A DNA stretch of 64,000 nucleotides from Candidatus Eiseniibacteriota bacterium (GCA_963783375.1 CAWANH010000029.1:512001-576000), one strand, 5' to 3'; numbered from the stretch's first letter, positions 9,014 through 20,420 are shown. Notes: generated by a model from the sequence alone, not told the origin. Numbers and translations: made by a program.

Positions 9014-10792
9014 CTATCTCAGGACGACGAACTTGGCCACCGCCACGTCCGCGGTCCCTCCCCCGCTCCCGTTGAACAGCTCGACCCGGATGAGGTAGAG
9101 CCCGGGAGCCAGCCCTTTCTGCCGGAGCAGGGCATCCAGGTACACGTCGGCGGGGCCGGGATCCACCAGCGTGCTGGGCAGGGCGGCCTCGTAGGAGTAA
9201 TCCCGCTCGTCCAGAACCTTCCCGGTGAGGTCGAGCAGGGTCAGCCGGATCGCCCCTCCCCGGGTGAGCTCATAGTGAAGCTTGGCCGACCCCGGATCCC
9301 GGGTGGGGTTCGGGTAGACGTAGGCCGCGGCGATTCCCGAATGGGGGCCGCGCACCGCCACCGAGCGGCGGGCCACCTGCTCCAGGGCGGGGGCGGCGGG
9401 ATCGATGACCCGTGCCCTAACCTCGATCGCTCCCGCCTCGCCGGCGGCGGGGATCCAGGGAAGGATCAGCTTGGCCCGACCCCCGGCCGGGAGCATCGGC
9501 GGACCGGAGCGGGTCCCCAGCTCACGGATCACCCGGCCGTCCAGGCGTTCCAAGGTGAAGCCCACCGAGAACCCGCCGGTGCGGGTCCCGCCGCGGTTGG
9601 TCACCCCGACCACGATCTCCACGGAATCGCCCACCGAGACCTGGGTGGCGTCCACCACCCGGGAGCCGGGGATGTCCCGCTGGAAGAGGATGTCCTCGTC
9701 ATCCATGACCAGGGAGTCCGGCCCGGTTTCCGCCCACGACTCGAAGAGTCCCAGCACCAGTTCCGAGGCCTTGGCCGCCATGGCGCCGTCCCGGGAGTAG
9801 GTGTTGGCCACGATGTCCGATTCCCGGTGGTAGTACGGATTGTGGGCGTCGATCTTGGGCGACTCGATCAGGAGCACCGCGTCGTAGCCCTGGGCCCAGA
9901 ACGGGGCGTGATCGCTGTAGGTGAGTCCCTGGACCACCCGTTCGAGCTGGAGGCCGGGGGCGGCCCCGCCCTGGTGCACGGCCAGGAGGTCGTTGGCCAT
10001 CCAGCGCGAGGTCACGTTGGTGAGCACCACCAGGGAGTCGCGCCGAGGGTTGTAGGACACCATGTCCAGGTTCAGCATGCCGTAGAGGATGCGATCCCCG
10101 AGCTTCCCCGCTGCGAACACGCTATCGGCCAGGAACCGGCTTCCGAGGAGGATGTTCTCGGAGCTGGTCTTCTTGTCCATGAAGGGTTGCTGTTCCTCGC
10201 CGTCGAAGAAGCAGATCATGACGTCGGCCTGGGGGCGAACCCCCCGCTCGGCCAGGACCCGGACCGCTTCCAGGATCGAGGAGACCCCGCTCCCGTTGTC
10301 GTCGGCGCCGGGGGCGGTCGCGGTGAAGGGGTCCCACTCGGGGTGGGTCAGCTCCTCGTTCTGGGAGGTCCCGTCGAGGTGCGCTCCCACCAGGAAGATG
10401 CCCGGCGACTCGGCCCCCAGGGCTCCCGGGATCATGCCCACCACGTCGGTGTAGACCGACCGGGTGGGTTCGGGCCCCGTGTACTGGAGGTCGGGATAGA
10501 AGGTGTCGAGCACCGCGGTCCCGCCCAGCGGAGCCAACGCGGCCTTCAGCCTTTCCACCAGGTAGCGCGGGTAGGCCGCGGTGGAGGGAAGAGGCGCCCA
10601 TCGGGTCGGGGGTCCGACCGCGGTTTCCCCGGAGAGATCCCGGGCGGTGGCCAGGATGGAGTCCGCGGAGATATCCACCGCGCCCGGCCGTGCCTCGGAA
10701 CGCACCCCGGCCAGGACCGCGGCGACGACCGCCAGGAGCAACCAGAAGACCCAGGAGCTTCGACTGCGGGAGGCGGAAATCATGGGTGGCAT
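9014..10792 (-). CDS. Secreted M28 family metallopeptidase with Ig/CARDB-like and YPNP-type C-terminal domain
   Basis: Signal-like N-terminus; GAHLD, GADDNGSG, FDGEE, NLDM, SDHAPF, YYH; C-terminal YVYPNP...GLYLIRV...KFVVLR. Confidence 0.85.
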   Translation of the reverse strand: MPPMISASRSRSSWVFWLLLAVVAAVLAGVRSEARPGAVDISADSILATARDLSGETAVGPPTRWAPLPSTAAYPRYLVERLKAALAPLGGTAVLDTFYPDLQYTGPEPTRSVYTDVVGMIPGALGAESPGIFLVGAHLDGTSQNEELTHPEWDPFTATAPGADDNGSGVSSILEAVRVLAERGVRPQADVMICFFDGEEQQPFMDKKTSSENILLGSRFLADSVFAAGKLGDRILYGMLNLDMVSYNPRRDSLVVLTNVTSRWMANDLLAVHQGGAAPGLQLERVVQGLTYSDHAPFWAQGYDAVLLIESPKIDAHNPYYHRESDIVANTYSRDGAMAAKASELVLGLFESWAETGPDSLVMDDEDILFQRDIPGSRVVDATQVSVGDSVEIVVGVTNRGGTRTGGFSVGFTLERLDGRVIRELGTRSGPPMLPAGGRAKLILPWIPAAGEAGAIEVRARVIDPAAPALEQVARRSVAVRGPHSGIAAAYVYPNPTRDPGSAKLHYELTRGGAIRLTLLDLTGKVLDERDYSYEAALPSTLVDPGPADVYLDALLRQKGLAPGLYLIRVELFNGSGGGTADVAVAKFVVLR

Positions 10793-10903
10793 CCCGGCAT
10801 CCTAGCGCGGGGAGCGGGGACTGAAAAGGCCGATCCCGGCCGGGGGAGCCGGGATCGGATTTCCGGGCCGCCCGGAGATGATCCGGCGTCGGGAGATCGG
10901 AAT

Positions 10904-10980
10904 TGGTACGCCCGACAGGATTCGAACCTGTGACCTCTTGCTCCGGAGGCAAGCGCTCTATCCAGCTGAGCTACGGGCGC
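10904..10980 (-). tRNA. tRNA-Arg(CCG)
   Basis: GCGCCCGTAGCTCAGCTGGATAGAGC, anticodon arm CTTGC-CTCCGGA-GCAAG, GGTTCGAATCC, CCA end. Confidence 0.97.
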
Positions 10981-11008
10981 GCAAATGTCGGCCTCAAAAG
11001 AGCGATGA

Positions 11009-11037
11009 AGTCTGTCACGGCGGCGGGATGCTGTCAA
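11009..11037 (-). promoter_or_regulatory. Putative sigma70 promoter for tRNA-Arg(CCG)
   Basis: TTGACA-17 nt-CAGACT, overlapping the trpC stop. Confidence 0.5.
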
Positions 11038-11867
11038 GAAGTCCCCGGCTCGGGCGCCTCGTCCCCCCGAAGCTCGTTGAGCTTCCGGCCCGGGTCGGCC
11101 GCGGTGATCAGCGCCTCGCCCACCAGGAGCGCGTCCACCCCCGCCCGCTCGAGGCGGAGTACCACCTCCCGGTCCGCGATGCCGCTCTCCCCCACCGTGG
11201 CCACGCCGGTTCCGGCCAGGGCGGGAAGGACCGTTTCGGTCCGCCCCACGTCCACGCGGAAGGTGGCGAGGTCCCGGTTGTTCACGCCGATCACCCGCGC
11301 CCCCGCCTTGAGCGCGGCTTCGGCCTGGTCGGTGTTCTCCACCTCGACCAGATGGCCGAGCCCGAATTCCGCTGCGAGGTCGATGTAGTCCTTCAGCTGG
11401 AAAGGGCCCAGGACCGCGGCCAGCAGCAGCACCGCGTCCGCCTCCCCCGCGGCCGCTTCGAGGATCTGGAGCTCGTGGAGGTGGAAATCCTTGCGAAGGA
11501 GCGGGAGGTCGCGCGCTCCGCGCCGGGCCAGGCCCAGGAATTCCTCCTCGCCCTGGAAGAAGTGGGGTTCGGTCACCACCGACACCGCGCTCGCTCCGTG
11601 CTCGCGGTAGATCTCCGCCTGGACGGCGGGGGCGAGGTCGGCCTTGAGGAGCCCCTTGGACGGGGACGCCTTCTTGATCTCGCAGAGGAAGCGCACCGGG
11701 GCCTCGGGAGGATCGCGCCGAAGCGCCCGGTCCAGGGCGCGGCGGGACCCGGCCCGCGCCCTCCCCCGTTCCTCCAGGTCCCGGAGGCTCACCCGGGCGC
11801 GGCGTCCGGCCACGTCGGCCAGGGTGCGCTCGACGATCCGGCCGAGGATTCCGGTGGGGGCGATCAC
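11034..11867 (-). CDS. trpC: Indole-3-glycerol phosphate synthase
   Basis: EIKKASPSKG, LLRKDF, GVNNRDL, ESGI, LVGEAL. Confidence 0.95.
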   Translation of the reverse strand: MIAPTGILGRIVERTLADVAGRRARVSLRDLEERGRARAGSRRALDRALRRDPPEAPVRFLCEIKKASPSKGLLKADLAPAVQAEIYREHGASAVSVVTEPHFFQGEEEFLGLARRGARDLPLLRKDFHLHELQILEAAAGEADAVLLLAAVLGPFQLKDYIDLAAEFGLGHLVEVENTDQAEAALKAGARVIGVNNRDLATFRVDVGRTETVLPALAGTGVATVGESGIADREVVLRLERAGVDALLVGEALITAADPGRKLNELRGDEAPEPGTS

Positions 11868-12891
11868 GCCGGGTAGCTCCGGGTGAACGCCACGAACGCA
11901 TCGAGCGCGGCCGCGGCCCGGCCCGAAGCCACCGCCTCGCGCGCCGCCGCCACCCCGTCGCGGAGGCTCGGCGCGCGTCCGGTCACGTAGAGCGCGGCCC
12001 CCCCGTTCAGGCAGACCACTTCCCGCGGCGGCCCATCGCGGTCGGTGAGGAGGCTACGGATGAGCGCGGCGTTCCGGGGGGCGTCGCCGCCGCGGAGGGT
12101 GTCGGGAGAGGCCGGGGCGGCCCCCAGCTCCTCCGGGGTGATGGTGTAGGTGCGAAGCCCGCCGTCCCGCCATTCGCTCACCCGGGTGGGCCCGGAAAGG
12201 GAGATCTCGTCCAGTCCCCCATCGCCGTGCACCACCATCGCCCCCTCGCTCCCCAGGATGGAGAGCACGAGGGCCAGGGTTTCGGTGAGCGCCGGGTCGT
12301 AGACCCCCAGCACCTGGTGGGTGGCCCCGGCCGGGTTGGAGAGCGGCCCCAGCACGTTGAACAGGGTCCGAAGCGCGAGTTCCTTCCGGGGGGCGGCCGC
12401 GTACTTCATGGCGCCGTGATGAAGGGGGGCGAAGAGAAACCCCACCCCGGTCGCCTCCAGACACGCCTCCACCCCCTCGGGGGGAAGGTCGATTCGCGCC
12501 CCCAGAGCTTCCAGGACATCGGCGCTTCCGCAGCGGCTCGACACCGAGCGGTTTCCGTGCTTCGCCACCGCCAGCCCGGCCCCGGCGGCCACGAACGCGG
12601 CCGCGGTGGAAATGTTGAAGGTGCCGCTCTGGTCGCCCCCGGTCCCGCAGGTGTCCAGCAGCGGACGGCGATCGGAGCGGATGCGCCGGGCGTGGGCCCG
12701 CATGGACTCCGCCGCCCCCGCGATCTCCTCCGGGGTTTCGCCGCGGAGGCGGAGGGCCATCAGGAAGGCCCCGATCTGGGCCGGGGTCGCGATCCCCTGC
12801 ATGATCACGTCCATGGCGCCGCGGGTCTCCTCGCGGGTGAGCCGCGCGCCCTCGGCCAGGCGGGCCAGAACGTGGGTGAAGGTCGTGGTGG

Positions 12892-12895
<4 letters not shown>
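11864..12895 (-). CDS. trpD: Anthranilate phosphoribosyltransferase
   Basis: DTCGTGGD, TFNIST, KHGNRSVSSRCGSAD; GTG start overlaps the trpG stop. Confidence 0.95.
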
Positions 12896-13568
<673 letters not shown>

Positions 13569-13572
<4 letters not shown>

Positions 13573-15260
13573 CGGGAACCCTCGCCGGCGAGCAGCGCCC
13601 GCGCGGTCCGCCGGGCGTCCTCGCCCCCCGCGCTTCCGGCCAGCATCCGGGCCAGCTCCTCCTCGCGGGCGGCGCCGGTGATCTCCTCGATCCGGATCCG
13701 GGTGCGCTTCCGCTCGGTTTCCTTGACCAGGCGAAGGTGGTGCCCGGCCCGGCCCGCGATGACCGCGAGGTGGGTGACCACCAGAACCTGTCGCTCCCGG
13801 GCGATGGCCGCGAGACGCGCGCCCACTGCTTCGGCGACCATTCCCCCGATCCCCGCGTCCACCTCGTCGAATATGACCAGGGGCATCGGATCCACGCGGC
13901 GGAGCACGTTCTTCAGCGCGAGCATGACCCGCGACGCCTCGCCCCCCGAGGCGATCCGGCTCAGGGGTCCCGCGGTCTCTCCGGGGTTGGCGGCAAGGGT
14001 GAACGCGGCCTCCTCGGTTCCGCGGGGACCGACCGGGTGCTCGCGACCGGGAAGGGTCAGGCCTTCCCGGGGCGGGCGAAGCTCCACCCAGAACCGGGCC
14101 CCCTCCATTCCCAGGCCCTTGAGCTCGACGGTCACTTCGCGGGCGAACGCCGCCGCGGCGCGGCTCCGGGCCGCGCTCAGGGCGGCGCAGGCCCCGACCA
14201 GCTCCCGTCCCGCCCGATCCACCTCGCCTTCGAGGCGTCCCAGGCGCTTGGGCGCTTCCTCCCATCCATCCAGGGTCGCGCGGAACGCGTCGCGCTTCTC
14301 GATGAGCGCGTCCACGGAAGCGTGGTATTTCCGGCGAAGGCGCGCCAGAAGGTCCAGGCGGGCCTCGATCTCCTCCAACCGCTCCGGATCCGCGCTCAAG
14401 CCGTCGCCGTACCGGGAGAGCTCCCGGGCCGCCTCCTCGCAGGCCACCAGGGCCTCGTCCACCTGCCGTCGGATCGCGTCCAGAGCCGCATCCAATTCCG
14501 CGCCCTGGCCCAGGTCCCGGGAGGCGCGGCCAAGGAGGGACTCGGCGCCGGGGTCGCCCTCGGAGAGGTTGTCCAGCGCGGAGGCGGTGAGCTCGGCCAG
14601 CTTCCCCGCGTGGGCGGCCAGATGACGCTCACGCTGGAGATCCTCCTCCTCCCCCGGCTCGAGGTGGGCGGCGGTGAGCTCGTCGAGCTGGAACCGGAGA
14701 AACTCGCGCTCTCCCGCGCTCCGCCGGGACTCGGCCAGGAAGGCGTCGCGATCCCCGATCGCCTTCCGGGTGGCCGCGAAGGCATCGGTGACCGCCCGGG
14801 CGAGGTCCCCGTCGGCGGCGAAGGCGTCCAGGTAATCGAGGTGGGTTTCCTCGCGAAGCAGCCGCTGCTGCTCGTGCTGGCCGTGGAGGTCGGCCAGGGC
14901 GCCTCCCAGCTCCCGGAGCCGGCCCACCGTGGCCGGCCGGTCGTTCACGTAGGCCCGGGATCGCCCGTCGGCTCCGATCACCCGGCGCAGGAGGAGGCCG
15001 CCCTCGTCGATCGCCTGATCGATCCCCCGGGAGGTGAAATGATCGCCGGGGAGCTCGAAGCGGGCCACGATCTCCGCCTCCTCGGCCCCGCGGCGCACCA
15101 GCTCGGCCGAGGCTCTCCCTCCCAGGACCAGATCGAGCGACCCGACCACCAGCGACTTCCCCGCCCCCGTCTCTCCGGTGAGCGCGTTCAGCCCCGGCTT
15201 GAACCGGGCCTCGAGGCGCTCCACCACCGCCAGGTTGGAGACCCAGAGTTCGGTCAGCAT
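13569..15260 (-). CDS. recN: DNA repair protein RecN
   Basis: TGETGAGKS, HGQHEQ, ASGGEASR, IFDEVDAGIGG, VTHL. Confidence 0.95.
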
Positions 15261-15458
15261 GGTTCCCCTCTCCGGACGGGACGGTTCCTGGTTCAACGGT
15301 TCGGAACGGGCCGCGCGGCGGCGCGGTTTCCATCGTCGGCCGCCGGCGGGTTTCGGGACAGTGTATAGGAAAAGGGCATGAAGCCAGAAGGGCGGTCCGC
15401 GGTCGCGCGGCGCCGCTCGAGGGTTCCGGCCGGTCGTCGTCCTCCAAGCCGGCGCGAC

Positions 15459-16334
15459 TCAGCGGTTCTTCGGGATCCCCCCCCAGTTGAGCTTGGTGCG
15501 CAGGATCTCGTAGTAGGGACGGCGGCCGAGGAAGGCCAGACGCGCCCGGCGCGGGGAGATCCCGATCCGGATCGAGGTGTCGGGAGCGACCTGGCGGGCA
15601 TCCTGTCCGTCGGCGGTGATCTTGAGGGCCACGCCGGAGAGCAGGTTCTCCACCTCCACCGTCTCGTGGTCGCCGAACACCAGAGGCCGGATGGAGAGGG
15701 AGTGTGCGCACATCGGGGTCACCACCAGGGCCGGCACCTCGGGGTGGACGATGGGTCCGCCGGCGGAGAGGGAGTACGCGGTGGAGCCGGTGGGGGTGGC
15801 CACCACCAGGCCGTCGGCGGTGAAGGTGCCCACGTAGGCGCCGTCGATGTCCATCTTGAGCACCACCGCCCGCCGGTTGAAGGTTCCCTCGTCGATCACC
15901 ACGTCGTTCAGCGCGTGCATTTCGATTTCGCCCCCATCCAGCTCCCACGCCCGGGCCATGATGAGCGGCCGGTCCTCAAGGCCGTAGGATCCGGCCAGAA
16001 CCGCGTCCAGACAGGAATCGATTTCGTCGGAAGGGACCGCGGTGAGGAATCCGAGCCCGCCGAGGTTGACCCCCAGGATCGGGACCTCGCGTCCCTCCAA
16101 CCCGCGCACCGCGTTCAGGAGCGTCCCGTCTCCCCCCAGGCAAAGGAGGAGATCGGTCTCGTCGAGGAAGCCGTCCTCCCTCCCCGTCTCCCCCAGCGCC
16201 TCGGCCAGGTCGTTCTTGAGCAGGACATCGACCCCGGCCGCGCGAAGACGTTTCACCGTCTTCTCGACCACGGGAAGGGCCTGGGTCTTGTCGAGGTTCG
16301 CCTGCACCGAGACGCGTTGCGGCTTCGCCATCAT
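15459..16334 (-). CDS. nadK: NAD kinase
   Basis: GGDGT, ALND, DGLVVATPTGSTAYSLSAGGP. Confidence 0.95.
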   Translation of the reverse strand: MMAKPQRVSVQANLDKTQALPVVEKTVKRLRAAGVDVLLKNDLAEALGETGREDGFLDETDLLLCLGGDGTLLNAVRGLEGREVPILGVNLGGLGFLTAVPSDEIDSCLDAVLAGSYGLEDRPLIMARAWELDGGEIEMHALNDVVIDEGTFNRRAVVLKMDIDGAYVGTFTADGLVVATPTGSTAYSLSAGGPIVHPEVPALVVTPMCAHSLSIRPLVFGDHETVEVENLLSGVALKITADGQDARQVAPDTSIRIGISPRRARLAFLGRRPYYEILRTKLNWGGIPKNR

Positions 16335-16349
16335 CGCCTTCCGGACCTC

Positions 16350-16787
16350 CTATAGATACCAGACCACGCCGTAGATCACGCCGACCGCCGCCCCCACGAA
16401 CACCTCGAAGGGGGTATGTCCGACCAGCTCGGTCAACCGCTCGGCCAGGAGCCCCCGATGGGCGTAGTGGTCCTCGACGATGCGGTTCAGCACCCGGGCC
16501 TGCATGCCCGCCGCCCGCCGGAGCCCGGCTGCATCGTACATGATGACCAGGCTGAAGAAGAGGGTGACCCCGAACAGGGTCGAGCCGGTGCCGTCGAGGA
16601 AGGCCACCGACGTGGTGAGAGCGGCCACGCTGGCCGAGTGCGAGCTGGGCATGCCGCCGGTCCCCACCAACCGGGTGAAGTTCACCTGGCGATGGGTCAC
16701 CAAATAGGCCAGGAACTTGTAGAACTGGACCAGAAATCCCGCGCTCAGGGCAACGATGTACGGCGCCGAGGCGATGAAGTCCTTCAT
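16350..16787 (-). CDS. Divergent PAP2 family protein (DUF212)
   Basis: GGMPSSHS, MYDAAGLRRAAG, GHTPFEV. Confidence 0.9.
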   Translation of the reverse strand: MKDFIASAPYIVALSAGFLVQFYKFLAYLVTHRQVNFTRLVGTGGMPSSHSASVAALTTSVAFLDGTGSTLFGVTLFFSLVIMYDAAGLRRAAGMQARVLNRIVEDHYAHRGLLAERLTELVGHTPFEVFVGAAVGVIYGVVWYL

Positions 16788-17761
16788 GCTTCTTCCTTGG
16801 GCCGGAGAAGCCCGCCGTCCGGTCCGCGCCGGCGGCGGTCCACCAGCTCGATGAGGCCGCCGAAGAGATCGCGGTCCCCGGGGAGGCGCTTCACCTCCTC
16901 GACGGCCCGGGCCAGCTCCCGGTCCACCGCCCGATGCGACGCCTCGAATCCCAGGATGGACGGATAGGTCACCTTCCCCCGGATCCGGTCGCGCCCCGGA
17001 TCGCGCCCCAGCTCCCGCACCGTCCCCGCCGCGCCCAGGATGTCGTCCACGATCTGAAACGCCAGCCCCACCGATCCGCCGTAGCGGGCGAAGCGCCGGA
17101 GATCGGCCGCCGGGGCCTCGGCCGCGATCGCGCCGAGCCGGAGGGCGGCGATGAACAGCCTCCCCGTCTTCTGCTCGTGAATGTAGCGGAGCGCGTTCCG
17201 GCTCACCCGCTTTCCCTCCGACCGGAGGTCCATGACCTGGCCTCCGATCACCCCGTCGGAGCCGGTGGCCCGGCTGAGTTCCTCCACCAGGCGCACGGTC
17301 ACTGCGGGACCGAGGGACCGCGCTTGGGCGGCCACCACCCCGAAGGCCAGGGTGAGGAGCGCGTCCCCGGCCAGGATCGCCACCCCTTCCCCGAAGGCCC
17401 GGTGATTGGACGGTTTTCCCCGGCGGAAGTCGTCGTCGTCCATGGCCGGCAAATCGTCGTGGATCAGGGAAAAAGCATGCACCATTTCCAGGGCGGCGGC
17501 CACCGCGTCGACCCGGCGTCCCCGTCCCCCCGAAGCCTCGTAGGCCAGAACCACCATGGCCGGCCGCAGCCGCTTGCCCTCGGAGAGCGCGGTGTAGCGC
17601 ATGGACTCGTGGATGGCCGCGGGACGAACCGATGCCCCGGGAATGAGCCGGTCCAGGGCGCGATCCACCCGCGTCGCGGTCCGCTCCACGAAGCGACGGA
17701 ACGTCCAGAGCCGGACGTCCGGATCAGAATGGGAGCTCGTCCGATGGATCCTCGTCTTCAT
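16784..17761 (-). CDS. ispA: Farnesyl/geranylgeranyl diphosphate synthase
   Basis: GKRLRP, SLIHDDLPAMDDDDFRRGKP, FQIVDDI. Confidence 0.9.
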   Translation of the reverse strand: MKTRIHRTSSHSDPDVRLWTFRRFVERTATRVDRALDRLIPGASVRPAAIHESMRYTALSEGKRLRPAMVVLAYEASGGRGRRVDAVAAALEMVHAFSLIHDDLPAMDDDDFRRGKPSNHRAFGEGVAILAGDALLTLAFGVVAAQARSLGPAVTVRLVEELSRATGSDGVIGGQVMDLRSEGKRVSRNALRYIHEQKTGRLFIAALRLGAIAAEAPAADLRRFARYGGSVGLAFQIVDDILGAAGTVRELGRDPGRDRIRGKVTYPSILGFEASHRAVDRELARAVEEVKRLPGDRDLFGGLIELVDRRRRGPDGGLLRPKEEA

Positions 17762-18089
17762 CCTCTCCGTCCTCTTCCACGGCGTCTTCGTCCTCCCCGA
17801 GCGAGGAGGGCTCGAGCCGGAACCCCTCCGCCTTCTCGGAGAGCTCGCGGATCATGGTCTCGGCCCGGTCGAGCTTCTCCAGGCATTGACGAACCAATCG
17901 GGTTCCCTCGGCGTAGGCCTGAATGCTTTCTTCCAGGGGGATCTCCCCCTCCTCCAATCGGCCCACGATGGCTTCCAACCGCTCCAGGGCGGCCTCGAAG
18001 GTCAACTCCCCGGCCCCCGCGGGCGGGGTCCCGGCCCGGGAACCGGCGGACGGCTTCCGGGATGCGCTCTTCTTCCTGCTCGGCTTCAT
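17724..18089 (-). CDS. xseB: Exodeoxyribonuclease VII small subunit
   Basis: FEAALERLEAIVGRLEEGEIPLEESI; follows xseA. Confidence 0.9.
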   Translation of the reverse strand: MKPSRKKSASRKPSAGSRAGTPPAGAGELTFEAALERLEAIVGRLEEGEIPLEESIQAYAEGTRLVRQCLEKLDRAETMIRELSEKAEGFRLEPSSLGEDEDAVEEDGEDEDEDPSDELPF

Positions 18090-19468
18090 GTCCTACCCTC
18101 CCCGACGCCGTCCATCTCCCGCGGGCCTCCATCCTCCACCCGCACCACGCGGGCGTGGGCCCGGTCTCCGGAAAACTGGAGCACTACCGGAGCGCTCTCG
18201 GCAAGCCCCGCCGCCGCGACCCGGATCCGCCCGGTGGCTTCGTCCCGGACCAGGCAGTACCCCCGGCCGAGCACCGCGGTGGGATCGAGCGCGGCGAGCG
18301 CCCGCTCGAGTCCCTCCACTCGCCCCTTTCGGGCCCGAAGGGCCACCCGGCGCGCCCGATCGAGCCGTTCGCCGGCGCCGGACACCCCGCGGCGCAGGCT
18401 CCCCACCCGGGGGGCGGGGTCGGCGGCGGCAAGACGTCTCGAGGCCTCGGCGGCCGATCGGCGACTCCCGGTCAGGGAGCGCGCCGTGGCCTTCTGCAGC
18501 CGCTCGGCCAGATCGTCCACCCGTTGCTCTTCCCGGCGGAGGAAGACCTCGGGGCGCCGGAACCCGTAGGCCCCGACCAGGCGGCCGAGGTGGGCGCGCC
18601 GGGCTTCGGTCGCGCTCTCCGTCCGCCTCCGCGCCCGTTCCCAGAGGACGATGAACCGGCGCGCCACCTCCCGGCGATCGGGAGCCGCGATCTCCGCCGC
18701 CGCCGACGGGGTGGCGGCGCGGACATCGGCGACCAGGTCGGCGATGGTGACGTCGATCTCGTGTCCCACCGCGGAGATCACCGGGGTGCGGCAGGCCGCG
18801 ATGGCCCGGGCCACCGGTTCCTCGTTGAAGGCCCAGAGATCCTCCAGGCTTCCGCCGCCGCGCCCCACGATCATCACGTCGGCTCCCCCCCAGCGATCCA
18901 TCCGCTCCACCGCGACCGCGATCTCCGCCGCCGCTCCCTCGCCCTGGACCCGGACCGGGATGGTCACGATGTCCGCCGCCGGCCACCGCCGGGAAAGCAC
19001 GTGCAGGAGATCCCGGATCGCCGCGCCGGTGGGCGAGGTGATGAGGCCGATCACCCGGGGGTAGGCGGGAAGCGGTTGCTTCTTCTCGGGGGCGAAGAGA
19101 CCCTCGGCGGCGAGGCGACGCTTCAGCGCCTCGAAGGCTTGCATGAGGGCGCCGAGTCCCGAGGGAACCATGCGCCGCACGATGAGCTGGAGGTCGCCCC
19201 GGGGCTCGTAGAGCGAGAGCTCCCCTTCCGCCTCCACCTCCACCCCGTCGGCGGGAAGGAACCGGAGGCCGATGGCCGCCCCCCGGAACATCACCCCTCG
19301 AAGCTGGGCGGCGGAATCCTTGAGTGCGAAGTAGAGATGTCCGGAGCCGGGTTTCCGGAAGTTCGAGATCTCTCCGCGCACCCGCACGCGCCCGTACTCG
19401 CCTTCCAGGGTGCGACGGATCCGTCCGGTGATCTCGGAGACGGTGAAGGCCGGGGACTCCTCGCTCAC
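18086..19468 (-). CDS. xseA: Exodeoxyribonuclease VII large subunit
   Basis: GEISNF, SGHLYFALKD, RGGGSLEDLWAFN, SAVGHEID. Confidence 0.95.
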   Translation of the reverse strand: MSEESPAFTVSEITGRIRRTLEGEYGRVRVRGEISNFRKPGSGHLYFALKDSAAQLRGVMFRGAAIGLRFLPADGVEVEAEGELSLYEPRGDLQLIVRRMVPSGLGALMQAFEALKRRLAAEGLFAPEKKQPLPAYPRVIGLITSPTGAAIRDLLHVLSRRWPAADIVTIPVRVQGEGAAAEIAVAVERMDRWGGADVMIVGRGGGSLEDLWAFNEEPVARAIAACRTPVISAVGHEIDVTIADLVADVRAATPSAAAEIAAPDRREVARRFIVLWERARRRTESATEARRAHLGRLVGAYGFRRPEVFLRREEQRVDDLAERLQKATARSLTGSRRSAAEASRRLAAADPAPRVGSLRRGVSGAGERLDRARRVALRARKGRVEGLERALAALDPTAVLGRGYCLVRDEATGRIRVAAAGLAESAPVVLQFSGDRAHARVVRVEDGGPREMDGVGEGRT

Positions 19469-19523
19469 GTCGGCGACCCCGGGACCGGATCCTCTCCCGA
19501 ACCGGCCCGAGCGGCGGGAGGCA

Positions 19524-20420
19524 CTAGTCCCTCTCCCAGGGACGGGTGAATCCGCCGCCGGCGGCGTCCACCGTGTTCCGCATGAGCATGGCCACGGTCA
19601 TCGGACCCACCCCGCCGGGGACGGGGGTCAGGGCGCCGGCGATCTCCGCCGCCTCGGGGGCCACGTCTCCCACCAGCTTGAACTTCCCCGGCTTCTCGGG
19701 ATGGGGGATGCGGTTCATGCCCACGTCGATCACCACCGCTCCCGGCTTGATCATCTCCGCGGTCACGATCCCCGCCCGGCCCATCGCGGCCACCAGCACG
19801 TCGGCCTGGCGGGTGAAGCGCTCGGGCTCGCGGCTCCGGCTGTGGAGCAGCACCACCGTGGCGTCGCGCCCCTCTCCCTTCTGGCTCAGGAGGTTGGCCA
19901 TGGGCCGTCCCACCACGTTGGACCGGCCCATCACCGCCACCAGCGCGCCCGGGAGCTTCACCTCTTCCCGGCGGAGGAGATACATGATCCCGAGCGGTGT
20001 GCAGGGTACGAACCCCGGTTCACCCCGCACCAGCCGGCCCACGTTGACCGGGTGGAATCCGTCCACGTCCTTGGCCGGATCGATGAGTTCCAGGAGGGCC
20101 GTGGGATCGAAGCCAGGGGGAAGGGGAAGCTGGAGCAGCACCCCGTGCACCGAGGGATCCCGGTTGAGCGAACCGAGCGCTTCGCGCGCATCCCCGGGAT
20201 CGGCGTCGGCGGGCAGCACCACCTGGCGCGACTCCACCCCCACCTCGGCCGAGGCCTCGGCCTTCTTCCGGAGGTAGACGATCGAGGCCGGGTCCTCCCC
20301 GATCCGCATCATGGCCAGGGTGGGGGTCACTCCGCGTTCGCGGAGGGCGCCCGCCCTGGCCGCCGCCTCACGGCGGATTTCCGCCGCCGCTTCCTTCCCG
20401 TCGATCTTCCGTGCCGTCAT
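19524..20420 (-). CDS. folD: Methylenetetrahydrofolate dehydrogenase/cyclohydrolase
   Basis: QLPLP, KDVDGFHP, PCTP, GRSNVVGRP, TPVPGGVGPMT. Confidence 0.95.
   Translation of the reverse strand: MTARKIDGKEAAAEIRREAAARAGALRERGVTPTLAMMRIGEDPASIVYLRKKAEASAEVGVESRQVVLPADADPGDAREALGSLNRDPSVHGVLLQLPLPPGFDPTALLELIDPAKDVDGFHPVNVGRLVRGEPGFVPCTPLGIMYLLRREEVKLPGALVAVMGRSNVVGRPMANLLSQKGEGRDATVVLLHSRSREPERFTRQADVLVAAMGRAGIVTAEMIKPGAVVIDVGMNRIPHPEKPGKFKLVGDVAPEAAEIAGALTPVPGGVGPMTVAMLMRNTVDAAGGGFTRPWERD

Noticed and set aside
15300-15450. SOS box or small RNA upstream of recN
   Set aside because: There is only a short AT-rich patch with a possible -10 (TACACT); no recognisable LexA palindrome or supported RNA structure.
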